Below, piece by piece: positions 22,565-34,391 of a stretch of DNA of 64,000 bases. A program made the position numbers and the translations under genes. Origin of the DNA: Narcine bancroftii (lineage: Eukaryota). Below the pieces are notes generated by a model that saw only the letters and a program-made list of their open reading frames with translations, had not been told where the DNA came from and did no database searches. How positions within the stretch are numbered: position 1 is the stretch's first letter; every line of letters begins with the position of its first letter. The DNA is taken from contig NC_091474.1 in NCBI RefSeq assembly GCF_036971445.1, positions 83,266,001 through 83,330,000 on the forward strand, read 5' to 3'.

Positions 22565-25500
22565 CAAGAAGCATAGTGAACAAGGTAGATGAGCTGAGAG
22601 CATGGATTGGCACTTGGAATCATCATGTGGTGGCAATTAGTGAGACCTGGTTACAGGAGGGTCAGGACTGGCAACTCAATATTCCAGATGTTTTAGATGT
22701 GATAGAACAGAGGGTAAAAAAGGGGGAGGAGTTGCTCTGCTTGTTAAGGTGAGGTGGCAGGGATCGTCCAGTGAGGCTGTTTGAGTGGAATTGAGGGGAG
22801 GAGGAGGCATGAGGGAACTAATAGGAGTGTATTATAGGCCACCAAATGGGCCAAGAAATTTGGAAGAACAAATTTGTAAGGAGATAGCGGAAACTGACAA
22901 AATGTTTGGCCTGGAAGTCAGCCTGAAGAAAACTGAGGTCCTCCATCAGCCAGCTCCCCACCGTGACTACCAGCCCCCCCCCACATCTCCATCGGGCACA
23001 CAGAACTCAAAACGGTCAACCAGTTTACCTATCTCGGCTGCACCATTTCATCGGATGCAAGGATCGACAACGAGATAGACAACAGACTCGCCAAGGCAAA
23101 TAGCTCCTTTGGAAGACTACACAAAAGAGTCTGGAGAAACAACCAACTGAAAAACCTCACAAAGATTAGCACATACAGAGCCATTGTCATACCCACACTC
23201 CTGTTTGGCTCCGAATCATGGGTCCTCTACTGGCATCACCTACGGCTCCTAGAACGCTTCCACCAGCGTTGTCTCCGCTAAATCCTCAACATTCCTTGGA
23301 GCGACTTCATCTCCAACATCGAAGTACTCGAGATGGTGAAGGCCGACAGCATCGAATCCACGCTGCTGAAGATCAAACTGCGCTGGGTAGGTCACATCTC
23401 CAGAATGGAGGACCATCGCCTTCCCAAGATCGTGTTATATGGCGAGCTCTCCACTGGCTACCGAGACAGAGGTGCACCAAAGAAGAGGTACAAGGACTGC
23501 CTAAAGAAAGCTCTTGGTGCCTGCCACATTGACCACCGCCAGTGGGCTGATATTGCCTCAAACCGTGCATCTTGGCGTCTCACAGTTCGACGGGCAGCAA
23601 CCTCCTTTGAAGAAGACCGCAGAGCCCACCTCATTGTCAAAAGACAAAGGAGGAAAAACCCAACACCCAACCAACCAATTTTCCCTTGCAACCGCTGCAA
23701 CCGTGTCTGCCTGTCCCGCATCGAACTTGTCAGCCTCAAACGAGCCTGCAGCTGACGTGGACATTACCCCTCCATAAATCTTCGTCCGCGAAGCCAAGCC
23801 AAAGAGAAGAAGAGTGATCATGGGAGATTTTAACTTCCCTCACATTGATTGGGATACCCATACAGTAAGAGGGCTGGATGGGCAAGAGTTTGTCAAATGT
23901 GTGCAAGATAGTTTTCTTAATCAATACGTAGAGGAACCGACTCGGGACGGTGTAATACTGGATCTCCTGTTAGGGAATGAGATAGGTCAGGTGTCTGAGG
24001 TTAATGTTGGAGAACAAATTGGATCTAGTGATCACAACTCTCTTAGTTTTAGGGTAGTTTTAGGGAAGAGCAAAGAAGGGCCTAAAGCTGAGGTTCTGGA
24101 TTGGAGAAAAGCAAATTTCGAAGGAATGAGAATGGCTTTGGGGAGTATTGAGTGGGACATGATTTTTTTCAGGAAAGGATGTAAATGAAAAATGGAGAAT
24201 ATTCAAAGAAGAAATTTTGATAGTACAGAGTAGATATGTCCCAGAGAGGATCAAAGGAAAGGTTGGAAGTCATAGGGAGCCTTGGTTTTTGAGGAATATT
24301 ATAAATTTGGTTAGGAGAAAGAGGGAGGTGTACAAGAGGTATAAACAGCAGGGTGCTGAGAAATTGAAAGAGGACTACAAGGAGTGTAGAAAAAGTCTTA
24401 AGAAAGAAATTAGAAAGGCCAAAAAGAGGCACAAAGAGGCTTTGGCAGGCAGAGTAAGAATAAATCCAAAGGGTTTCTATAGGTAGATTAAAAGTAAAAG
24501 ATTAGTGAGGGATAAAATTGGACCCCTTGTAGATAGCGAGGGTAGGCTGAGTGAGAAGTCAGAGGAAATGGGGGAAATTTTAAATGATTTCTTTTCCTCG
24601 GTATTCACTAGGGAAAAAAATATTGTACCAGTTGAAGTAAAGAAAAATAGAGGGGAGGTCATGAAACATGTAAGGATAACTGAGGACATAGTGATGGCAG
24701 TGTTAAAAAAGATAAAGGTGGACAAATCTCCGGGTCCGGACAATGTATTCCCAAGGACACTCAGGGAGACTAGTGTACAGATAGTGCAGCCATTAACAGA
24801 GATATTTAGGATGTCACTGGTCACTAGGGTAGTGCCAGAGGATTGGAGGGTGGCTCATGTTGTTCCGCTGTTTAAGAAAGGGTCCAAATGTAAGCCAGGA
24901 AATTATAGACCTGTGAGTCTCACGTCTGTGGTGGGTAAGATGATGGAAAGTGTTCTGAGGGATGGCATTTACAAATATTTGGAAGAACAGGGATTGATAG
25001 GAAGTAGTCAGCATGGTTTTGTCAGGGGTAGATCATGCTTAACAAACCTTATAGAGTTTTTCAAGGGAGTTACAAAAAAGAGGCTATGGATGTTGTCTAT
25101 TTAGACTTTAGTAAATCTTTTGACAAAGTTCCCCACAGGAGGTTAGGAAAAAAGGTGGAGGCATTAGGTATAAATAATGAGGTGGTGAAATGGATTTAGC
25201 AATGGTTGGATGGGAGGTGCCAGAGAGTAGTGGTAGAAAATTGTTTGTCAAATTGGAGGCCGGTGACTAGTGCAGTTCTCCAGGAACTAAAACCATTGTG
25301 GTCCTGGGTCCACTATTGTTTGTTATATATATTAACAACCTGGAAGAAGGGGTGGTAAATTGGATAAGTAAGTTTGTAGATGATACAAAGATTGGTGGTA
25401 TTGTGGACAGCGAGGAAGATTACCGTAGCTTAAAAAAATATACGAAAGCTAGAGGAGTGGGCTGAGAAATGGCTGATGGAATTTAATACGGATAAGTGTG

Positions 25501-26281
25501 AAGTGTTGCATTTTGGAAAGGCAAATCTAAATAGGTCATTATCATTGAATGGTATACAATTGAGGAGTGCAGAGCAACAAAGGGATTTAGGAGTTATGGA
25601 AAATAGTACCCTCAAAGTTGATACTCAGGTAGATAGAGTGGTGAAGAAGGCATTTGGAATGTTGGCCTTCATAAATCGGAGTACTGAATTCAAGAGGTGG
25701 GATGTTATGATGAAATTGTACAAAGCATTGGTGAGGCCAAATTTGGAATACTGTGTGCAGTTTTGGTCACCAAATTATAGGAAAGATATAAACAAAATAG
25801 AGAGAGTGCAGAGAAGGTTCACGAGAATGTTGACAGGATGTCAGGGTTTGAATTACAGAGAAAGGTTGAGCAGCCTGGGGCTTTTTTCTCTGGAGCGTAG
25901 AAGATTGAGGGGGGATTTGATGGAGGTGATCAAGATTTTAAAAGGGACAGAGAGAGTCAACGTGGATAGGCTTTTTCAATTAAGAGTGGGGGATATTCAA
26001 ACCAGAGACCATGGTTTGAGATTGCAGGGGGAAAATTATAAGGGGAACATGAGGGGAAATTTCTTCACGCAAAGGGTGGTTGGGATGTGGAATAAGCTTC
26101 CGGCAGAGGTGGTTGAAGCAAGGATGTTATTTACATTTAAGGAAAGACTGGATAATTACATGGAGGGGAGAGGATTGGAGGGGTATAGGTGCTGGTCAAT
26201 GGGACTAGGAGGGTGGGGATTTGTTCCGGCATGGACTAGTAGGGCCAAATTGGCCTGTTCTGTGCTGTATATGGTTATATA
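22565..26281 (+). mobile_element. CR1 LINE, near-complete ORF2 (APE and RT) with stops and frameshifts, interrupted by an RTE
   Basis: SIVNKVDELRAWI...AISETW, IGVYYRPPN, VIMGDFNFPHIDW, GSSDHN, DKSPGPDN, NYRPVSLTSVVGK, SQHGFVRGRSCLTNLIEFF, KFVDDTKIG and the CR1 C-terminus; ggttatat tail. Confidence 0.93.
22887..23813 (+). mobile_element. RTE-clade LINE 3' portion nested in the CR1
   Basis: FGLEVSLKKTEVLHQP, YLGCTISSD, LRWVGHISRMEDHRLPKIVLYGEL, C-terminal CxxC zinc finger; tail gccaagccaaagagaagaag. Confidence 0.9.
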
Positions 26282-27801
26282 GGTCGCAAGTTGGGGAGTA
26301 CCTGTAAATAAAATTTAAAATAAATAAAATGGCTGATGTTGCTTGATGCTGGGGTGACTCTGCGAAAGTGTCTCCCTATCCCTGCCTCAAAAAAATCTTT
26401 ATATTCATATTAGGAATATAAGGAAGACTTTCATCTGTAAACTTGGTGGAGGGTGGGTTAATTACGATGGCAGCACAATTAAAGTAGCAGCTAGTGCAAC
26501 ACTGTAACAAAATTTAAATTCAAACCCCAGTCACTGGCACTGTAAATTACAGGAATTACCTGATTAAAGTGAACTTTACATAATTAAGGACTACAATACT
26601 GATATTTTTCAAATTTCTTTACATTTTGCACTGTATTTTAAATTGTGTATTCTTAATGCAAGTATATTAGTTTAACATTGTAAGAGTATCTAGAAAATTT
26701 GAATATCCGGTATCCGCGATCACCGGAGGTGCCAGACATGGAGATTTTACTGTAGAACATTGCAGGACAGGATCTGTGCTGAACACGAGGCCAAATTGAA
26801 CTAAATTTTCTCTGCTTGCACACAATCCATATCCCACCATACCCTACAGATTCGCATGTCTATCTAGAAACCTCTTGAGCACTTCCATTGTACCCGCTCC
26901 CACCACTCTCCTGGCAGTGGGTCCAGACAAACACCATTCTGAATGAAGATAACTTACCCTGCACATCTTCAAACTTTCCCTATTTCTGCAAATGCATGCG
27001 TTCAAGTATTTTACATTTTCATGCAGGGAGAAAAAATTCTGATTGTCAATCTAATCTGTACCTCTCATCATTTTATAAACTTCTGTCTGTTCTCCCCCAC
27101 CCTCCATTGCTCCAGAGAAAATAAACATAACCCTAGTTGTTCAACCTCTCCTTATGTCATACTGTCTAATCTGATCAATCTTTTCTGCACCCTTTCCAAA
27201 GCCCCCACATCATCCCTGGAATGAGGTGTCCAGAAATGCACACAATACTCCAAGCATGGACTAACTAAAGTTTTCTGCAGCGACAACATTACTTCCTTAT
27301 TCAATATTTATTATCTCTTCTTTTGGGTGGATATTTTAAAGGTCATTCATGGGTTGTGGATGTTGGTGGCATTTACTGACCTTCTCTAATTGCCATGAAC
27401 TACATCTGACCCGGGAGAGTGGGGAAGAGACATTGCACTGGTCTGCAGGGTCCTACTGTCTGGTCCTGATGCCGACAGCTCTGTACAGGCTTTAAAAGGC
27501 CTGGTAAGGGAGTCAATGGTGTTTTTTAAAAAAATCCTGCAACCACAGAGATCTGTGGCCAAGATGGCGGCGCCTGGGCTGGGCAGCGTACCAGGAGGGG
27601 TGTGGGGTGCACTGGAGGAAAATCCACAGACACTCAGGGTTTCTGAAGGGACTCACTTTTATTTCTCTTTCTCTTATTGTTATGGAAGCCAGCAATGCTC
27701 ATGGCGATTCTTTGATTGCCTTACAGCAGACTATGTCTATTACATGTTATGCACATTATTACATGACAATGAAAGTAACCTTTACCTAGAAATGTACTTA
27801 C

Positions 27802-27964
27802 CTGGAATATGGAATTGTGGGGAGCAGCAAGTAGATGATGATGCAGATCACAAGGAAGACATCAGCAGTAATAAAATAGGCGAGAGCACTGTCCAAAATA
27901 GACGCAGCAGCAGCCAGGTCAACTATTGAAGCAATCGCACTAATGGTTCCGCCCATGGCTTGCC
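27802..27964 (-). CDS. slc29a3: SLC29A3 exon 5 (163 nt)
   Basis: gtgtag|GGCAAGCCATGGGC...TATTCCAG|gtaagt; [54 protein letters not shown]. Confidence 0.96.
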
Positions 27965-28277
27965 CTACACAATAAAAAAACAGTGAATGTGAGCCCAACT
28001 TTCAATTGATCATGACAAATATGGGGGCAAGAAAAAAATTATTTGTTTTCAGGAAGTGGATATTACTGACGAGGCTGGAATTTTTTTTCTTCCTTAACTG
28101 CCTCGGACTGAGGAAGCAGTTAACAGATAACCAAGTTAGTTTATCAAAATAAAATAAACTAAATGGTAGAAATCTAGAAAAAGGCTGGAAACACTCAGCA
28201 GGTCAGGCAGCATCCGGGGACCCTTCCTCAGAACTGGGATAGTTAGCTTTCAGCAGCAGAGATGGAGGAGAGGTGAG

Positions 28278-29880
28278 TACTCTTTATGCCGCTGAATAGG
28301 ACAATCCTCAAAAGTTAAAATTTTCACCTTAAAATGGATCGTCCTATACGCAGGGTCTAAAATCCGCTGCCATCTTCCTGCTAGCTCCGATGCAATCTCA
28401 CACATGCCCCGTTAACTATTGGTGAAGTCTTAGCACTCCTTCATGTAGTTCATCCACCCAGTCCAACTGCTGTTGGCTCTGTACAGGCTTTAAAAGCCTG
28501 TTACAGGAGGTGACGGTGGTTTATTTTAAAATATCAAAATAAAAAGCGAACCTTTAAATCACACATGTCAAACTCTGGCCCGCGAGCCAAATTTGGCCCG
28601 CGATATAATTATATTTGGCCCGCAAGATCATTTCAAAAATGTATTAGAGGTGGCCCGCCCTGCAGCGAGAGCCGATGCTGTTTTTTGGTAATGTCACCCC
28701 CACCATCCTCCCCCTTCATTGCACATCCTTCCCCATTGTAACACGAGAAATTGTAACACGAGAAGTCTGTTGATGTCATCAGCCGGCAAGCCAGTTGGAA
28801 GGCTCCCCGCACAACCAGTCACTTCTCCCATCTGTCGAGCGGTGCGGCGGATGGGCGAGCGCCTGTGATTTCTTGTCGGCGCGACGGGCATGGCAGGCTG
28901 CGCACAGCCCCTGGGCAGCGCGAGCCCCGCGCGACTGGCACCGGACGGCCCTTCCACAGCGCGACCGCACTTCTCCCGGTCGCCACGGCCTTCAGTGCTT
29001 GCACCCGCGCGGACCCCAGGGACGGCTGGTTCGGCCCTGCACGTGAAGAGAGAGATGGTGGCTGTCCGCAAAGGCTGAGTGGGTGGGTAAGCAGGGGTGG
29101 GAAGAAGGTGTAGGTGAGGAGTAATGGGCAGGGGAAGTTATGGTGGTGCGAGGGGCAGTTAGAGGGAGGGATGAGTAGAAGGAGGGGTGGATAGGGAAGA
29201 GGTAAAAGGGGAGGGGCAGGGCAAGTAGGGGAGGGGTGATTAGAGGGTGAGAGACGGGTAGAGGGAAGAACAGGTTGAGGGGAGAGGCAATAGAGGGGTG
29301 TGTATAGGATGGGGTGGGTAGAGGCAGAGCGAGTGGAGTGAGGGGTGAGTAGAGGTTGGGTAAAGGACTGCTCAGGTAGAGGGATGGTGGGTCGAGGGTG
29401 AATAGAGGCCTAGAGCCTGAGGAGTGAGCAGGAAATGCTGAGTCCTGATGCAGGCCAAAATGGACATAGCCTGTGAATGCTGACTACATCTCCACAGGGA
29501 CCAAATATGTTTCCCTCAGGTCAAGCAAAGGGTGAACTTGAGCTACCTACTCCTGACCTGTAATATTATCCTCCTAAAGTTATATCCTAAAGTTTAACAT
29601 TACATATGTTGAAAGAAGAGAAAACATGCAGATGTTGTTGAAAATTTTCAATAAATATTTAGTTCGGCCCTCGACTTAGTCCAAGTTTTTAATTTTGGCC
29701 CTCCGTGAATTTGAGTTTGACACCCCTGCTTTAAATGATAATTTGTTATTAAAATATTGTGATTTGCTTTTAACAGCATCCACAGGTCAGCGATGCCAGA
29801 TTGGGGGGTGGTTGTCTTATTCAAAGGGTGGAAATTCTGGGGGGTGGGGGGATTCGTCCTATACAGCAGCATATATGGCA
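28278..29880. mobile_element. pogo/Tc2-like MITE hosting a hAT insertion
   Basis: Left tatgccgctgaataggac and right gtcctatacagcagcata form imperfect TIRs. Confidence 0.55.
28560..29728. mobile_element. Non-autonomous hAT (Charlie-like) DNA transposon, 1169 bp
   Basis: Perfect 8-bp TSD CTTTAAAT (28552-28559 and 29729-29736); termini CACACATGTCAAACTC and GAGTTTGACACCCCTG; subterminal TGGCCCGC repeats. Confidence 0.9.
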
Positions 29881-30569
29881 GATTAATAGAGTAGCTGCAG
29901 CAGAGTTTTTAAGATTAGATTGGTCTATTGGGACCTGGCAAGCAACTGATGGCCTGAATATTGATCTCCTTTGTCACTATAAATAAGTAATGGCCATAAA
30001 GTCTAGTAGCCAGAGGAGATGGGATTATAGATTTAAGCCAAAAAACAAAACCTATATTTGGACAACCATTATTGAGCTGTATTCAACCATGGTTTTCGAA
30101 AGAAAACTGGTCATTGTTGAAAGCAGAAGTGAAAGGATGAACCTGGGAACAATGTAGCCACAGCCTTTCAGTGCTTCTCAGCAGGGTCCTTCTGCCCGGC
30201 TGTCCCGTCTGATGGTCCACGGTGCGTGTCGGAACAGGCCTGGCAGCTGTCTTCACACTGAAAATCATTAGTGGTCCACCTCTAAGATGGCAGCATGCAT
30301 GTTTGTCAAATGTACTTGGAGGGTTGCGGGTGCTGGGGAAACAAAGGACAGGGAACATCCCCTCCCCACCACCCTGCAGGGCAAATAAAAGAGATTTTTG
30401 TACACATCACTAAGAATTTAAAAAGTAAAGAATCAAGGCAGATTAACTGGACTGACATTTGCAAAAGTCTCAATAAGATAAATAGTTCCCTGGTTTGTTG
30501 TATGATTCCAAGATAGCAATTGATCCGTATAGAATTCAACTGAAATTTCTGAAGTGCACAGAAGAGTTA

Positions 30570-31102
30570 CTGTAGTGGTTAGTACAATGCTAATAGTGAC
30601 CTGTGTTCAAATACAGTGCTGTCTGTAAGAAGGTTGTACATTCTCCTTGAGTCTGTGTGGGCTTTCTCCAAGTGCTGTAGTTTTAAAATGCTCCAAGGTC
30701 GTAGGCTAATTGGGGTATTTGGGTGGCATAGGTTCGTGGGTCAGAAGGGCCTGTTACCATGGCTTTCTAAATTAAAATTAAAGTGGTAAAAACACAGAAC
30801 TTTTAACACTGGGAGCGTTTTAAGCAAGAAGATGATTAACTGGACAACAGAGAAAATAAAAGAAAGCGGCACAGTTGGCATAGCGTTTAGTGCATCACCT
30901 TTACTGCACCAGTGTTTGGGACTGGGGCTCAAATCCTGTGCTGTCTGTAAGGAATTTGCACATTCTCCCTGTGTCTGCATGAGTTTCTTCCCCAGGACTC
31001 TGGTTTCCTCCCACCTTCCAAAACGTACCAGGGGTGTAGGTTAATTGGATGTAAATTGGGCGGCACGGCCTATTACCGTGCTGTATGTCTAAAATTAAAA
31101 TT
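30570..31102 (+). mobile_element. Two tandem HE1-like tRNA SINEs (about 30570-30782 and 30866-31102)
   Basis: A-box-like tggcatagcgtttag, B-box-like ggctcaaatcc/gttcaaat, shared body gctgtctgtaagga.tttg.acattctccc. Confidence 0.75.
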
Positions 31103-31209
31103 TCAAAAATAGGTTGATGGCAAGATGAGGAAGTACAGGAGGAGCCTTGTTTGGAGCATCAACATCGACCTGAGGGTTGATTGACAAGTCATTGGTCGAT
31201 GCAACTTAC

Positions 31210-31436
31210 CTGAAATCAAAGCCTGGGCATTTCTCATGGGAAACCTTCCAACTTCTCCAAATACACTCCCCAGAAACACGTTGGAAGCTCCACTGACAAT
31301 GGCCACACAGCCCATGGTCAGACCAAAGAACCCATATGTCCAGGTAGAGGTATCCACTTTGACCAGAACAGTGGTGGCACAGAATATAACAAACATGATA
31401 GATAGTGAGGACAGCACTCGAACCTTAGCAGAGATT
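31210..31436 (-). CDS. slc29a3: SLC29A3 exon 4 (227 nt)
   Basis: ttacag|AATCTCTGCTAAG...ATTTCAG|gtaagt; ISAKVRVLSSLSIMFVIFCATTVLVKVDTSTWTYGFFGLTMGCVAIVSGASNVFLGSVFGEVGRFPMRNAQALISG. Phases fit both neighbours. Confidence 0.96.
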
Positions 31437-33289
31437 CTGTAAGGGAACAAAAGTGGAATAGCGATGATTTTCATAGATTACAAACCAAAATATAATTTCT
31501 CGTTTTAAAGAACAATTTTCCATACTTGTTCGAAGGTGGAAAATTATGGTGGCTGTTGATAAAGCACTTGAGAGTTCTTGGCTTTATCATTAAAGGGAAA
31601 ATCACATACCAGGTTCAGAAAGTTACACTGATCCTGGTTTGATCTTTAATGACAGGAATGAAACACAAAAGTCTGCAGACACCATGATTGAAGTAAAAAC
31701 ACAGAAATTATGGAGGAATTCAGCTGGTCTTGCAGTGGCCATATGAAGTAAAGAAGCATATACCTTGAGGAAAGGCTCAGGTCCAAAATGTCATTAGTAC
31801 TTCTTTACTTCCAATGGACATTGCAAGACTGGCTGATTTCTTCTAGCATTTTTGTGTTCTTACTTAGACCTTTAATGACGTGCAATTCTGGGAATTGCAC
31901 TTGAAGGGTCTGGATGAAATAAATAAATCTGAAGTTTCCAGGGGCTAGGGGTGACCAACCAGAGGACAGTTTTAAATGATCATTGATAAATTCTCCATTG
32001 ATTCTCTACACTACTTTCGCATCAAGATTGCAATGTGCACCAGCAATAAAATCCACCAGATGAAGGGCATTACCAAGGTGCACGACTTCAACCATCAAAG
32101 AAGGTAAGTCGGGAAACAGAAACTCCAGGCCATTCAAACTTCCTGACTTGAAGTATAATTGCCATTCCTATTGCTGGAACTAAATCCTACCCACAGCATC
32201 AGGGCATACATTGATTGGACAGTTCAAGAAGGTGGCTCACCACTTCCTGAAGGGCAATAAACATTAGCCTTGCCATCAACACCCATATCCTGGAAAATGT
32301 ACAAACAAACCCAGAAGTTTGAGGTAAATGGGAAAGAGTAATCATCAGGTTCAAAAGGGCTCACTTCTGCAGACTTCAGAGAATCCAGGGGTGAGAGTTT
32401 TAATCATTCGGACAGAATATAGATGTTTATCTTTGAGCAGAGAAAGTTATGAGCATATTTGATTGGAATATTCAAAATATGAACAGATTTTAATGGATCC
32501 TGTGGTGAAGATCAGTCACCTCAGCACATAGATTTGGTATGGTATTAGCAAAGGTACCAAAGCTGATAGAAGGACGGGAATTCAAAGATAATATGCTGCT
32601 GTGGTGCCTGCAAGGGCAGGGAAAGAGGATTCAACAGAAACTTTCAAAGGGAAATTCAAGAAATAATTAAAGTAAAAAATTTAGTGCTCTGGGGAGAGGG
32701 CTGCTGGCTGAGATCTTTGAAAGAGCTGACACAGACTCAATGGGCTGAAAGGCTTTTCATTCTGTACTGGAGCCTCAGAGCCCATGGATATTTTGTAAAG
32801 TCCTTCCTTCCTCTTTGTTAAGTCATGGTTAGCGCAGCGGGGCAGCACTAGTAGCATAGCGGTTAGCACAATGCAACACTGTTACAGCACCTGTGACGAA
32901 TTAAAAAACACGATTAATAAGGATTTACAACAGGGGTGGGCAACCTATGGCCCGCGGGATGAATCCAAATTTATCCACCCCCCTCACCTTGCTGTCCAGC
33001 ACTGCCGCCACACCACCCCCTCCCCACCAAACCCGCCGTTTAACTACTGAAGCACCATATGGCCCACAAAAGGTAAATGGATGCCCGGCCAGATTTAGAA
33101 GGTCAAAGCATATATCAGAGCCTATTTTTGCACTGCTGCCTTGTAATGCTTAGCAAATGAAATATTGTTGTAATGCTTTTCAGATCCTTCATGCACCCTG
33201 GAACTGCATCTGCATTGCTTTTACCCTAATAGCTCTTGTCCAAACCCGATACAAAGGAACCAGGATCAAACTCAAACACCCACACTTAC

Positions 33290-33372
33290 TTGTCCACCAG
33301 GAGATAATTGATCATTAGGCATAGTACAGAAGGCACGGTCGAAGCAATCGACAGGTAACTTTCAAAGTAACT
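33290..33372 (-). CDS. slc29a3: SLC29A3 exon 3 (83 nt; missing from the ORF track)
   Basis: tttttcag|AGTTACTTTGAAAGTTAC...GTGGACAA|gtaagt translates SYFESYLSIASTVPSVLCLMINYLLVD(K), matching ENT3 TM2. Phase 0 in, phase 2 out. Confidence 0.95.
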
Positions 33373-34006
33373 CTGAAAAAGGAACCAAAACAACTGTGTG
33401 AGCCTCTGGACCCTCCAGATTAGCAGTCCTTGTAGGAGCAATGAACCAATTATTCAAAGGATATCGAGGCATTAAAGAAGATGCACGAACACTAACTGTT
33501 ATTTGTTCACAACCCAAAAACATTGCTGGCAAGGTCAGCACATATTGCCTACCCCTAGTTTATCTCTTGGACTGAGTGCCTTGCTTGGCCACCTCAGGTG
33601 TCAATTAAGAACCTTTCTTATTATGGCAAAAGGGAAAGCTATGATTGGATGAAGTGAATTGAAATGATGCATGGGGAATAGAAAAACTGGTTGCATCTAA
33701 GATTGTAGACCATGCATGATTAAGAGTTGTTCAAATGTTAGTGAGAGTTAAAAGAATATTTGTGGCTTGCTAAATTACACAATGAAGAGCATTTTTGGGG
33801 GGGGAAGAACCTGGTAACATTGAGAGGGTATAGTAGGTAAAGTTGATTTTTGTGAAACACGAAGACTACAGATACAGGAATCTTGAGCAGACAAAGAATT
33901 GCTGGAGGAACTCAGCAGATTAGGCAGCATCTGTGAGTCGAATGTCTGTCGACATTTTGGGTCTAGACCTTTAATTTTGGATAAAGTCTCAATGAAGGGT
34001 TGAGAC

Positions 34007-34363
34007 CAGTGGATTTCAGACTTTTTCTTTCCATTCACATTCCGAGGTAATCCCTATGCCATCGGTGCTCTGTGATTAGTAAGGGATTGCTTAAGGTGGT
34101 ATGTGAGTGCAAAGGGAAGGTTGAGAACCACTGCTCTCAACCCAATTGTGACTGAAATATTTTGCTTGAGAAAAATTGTCATTGGTCCATTTGCTTTTGA
34201 GTTATGAAACCGTGCACATAAAGAGTCAATTAGGGGCGATTAAAACAGTGGTTTTCGAACTTTTTCTTTCTACTCACATACCATCTAAAGTAATCCCAGA
34301 GCCCTACGACATAGGGATTATTGAAAGTGGTACGTGAGTAGAAAGAAAGTTTAAAAACGATTG
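34007..34363. mobile_element. hAT-type MITE (family also at 36356-36720 and 62366-62724)
   Basis: CAGTGG-type termini, internally repeated subunit, degenerate 8-bp TSD gttgagac/ttttagac. Confidence 0.7.
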
Positions 34364-34391
34364 TTTTAGACCCAAAATGATGACTATTTCT

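Noticed and set aside
28694-29113. Overlapping GC-rich ORFs and an apparent CpG island as a gene or promoter
   Set aside because: Entirely inside a hAT element delimited by a perfect TSD.
30866-30945. tRNA gene
   Set aside because: The A/B boxes belong to the head of a multi-copy SINE; no intact cloverleaf.
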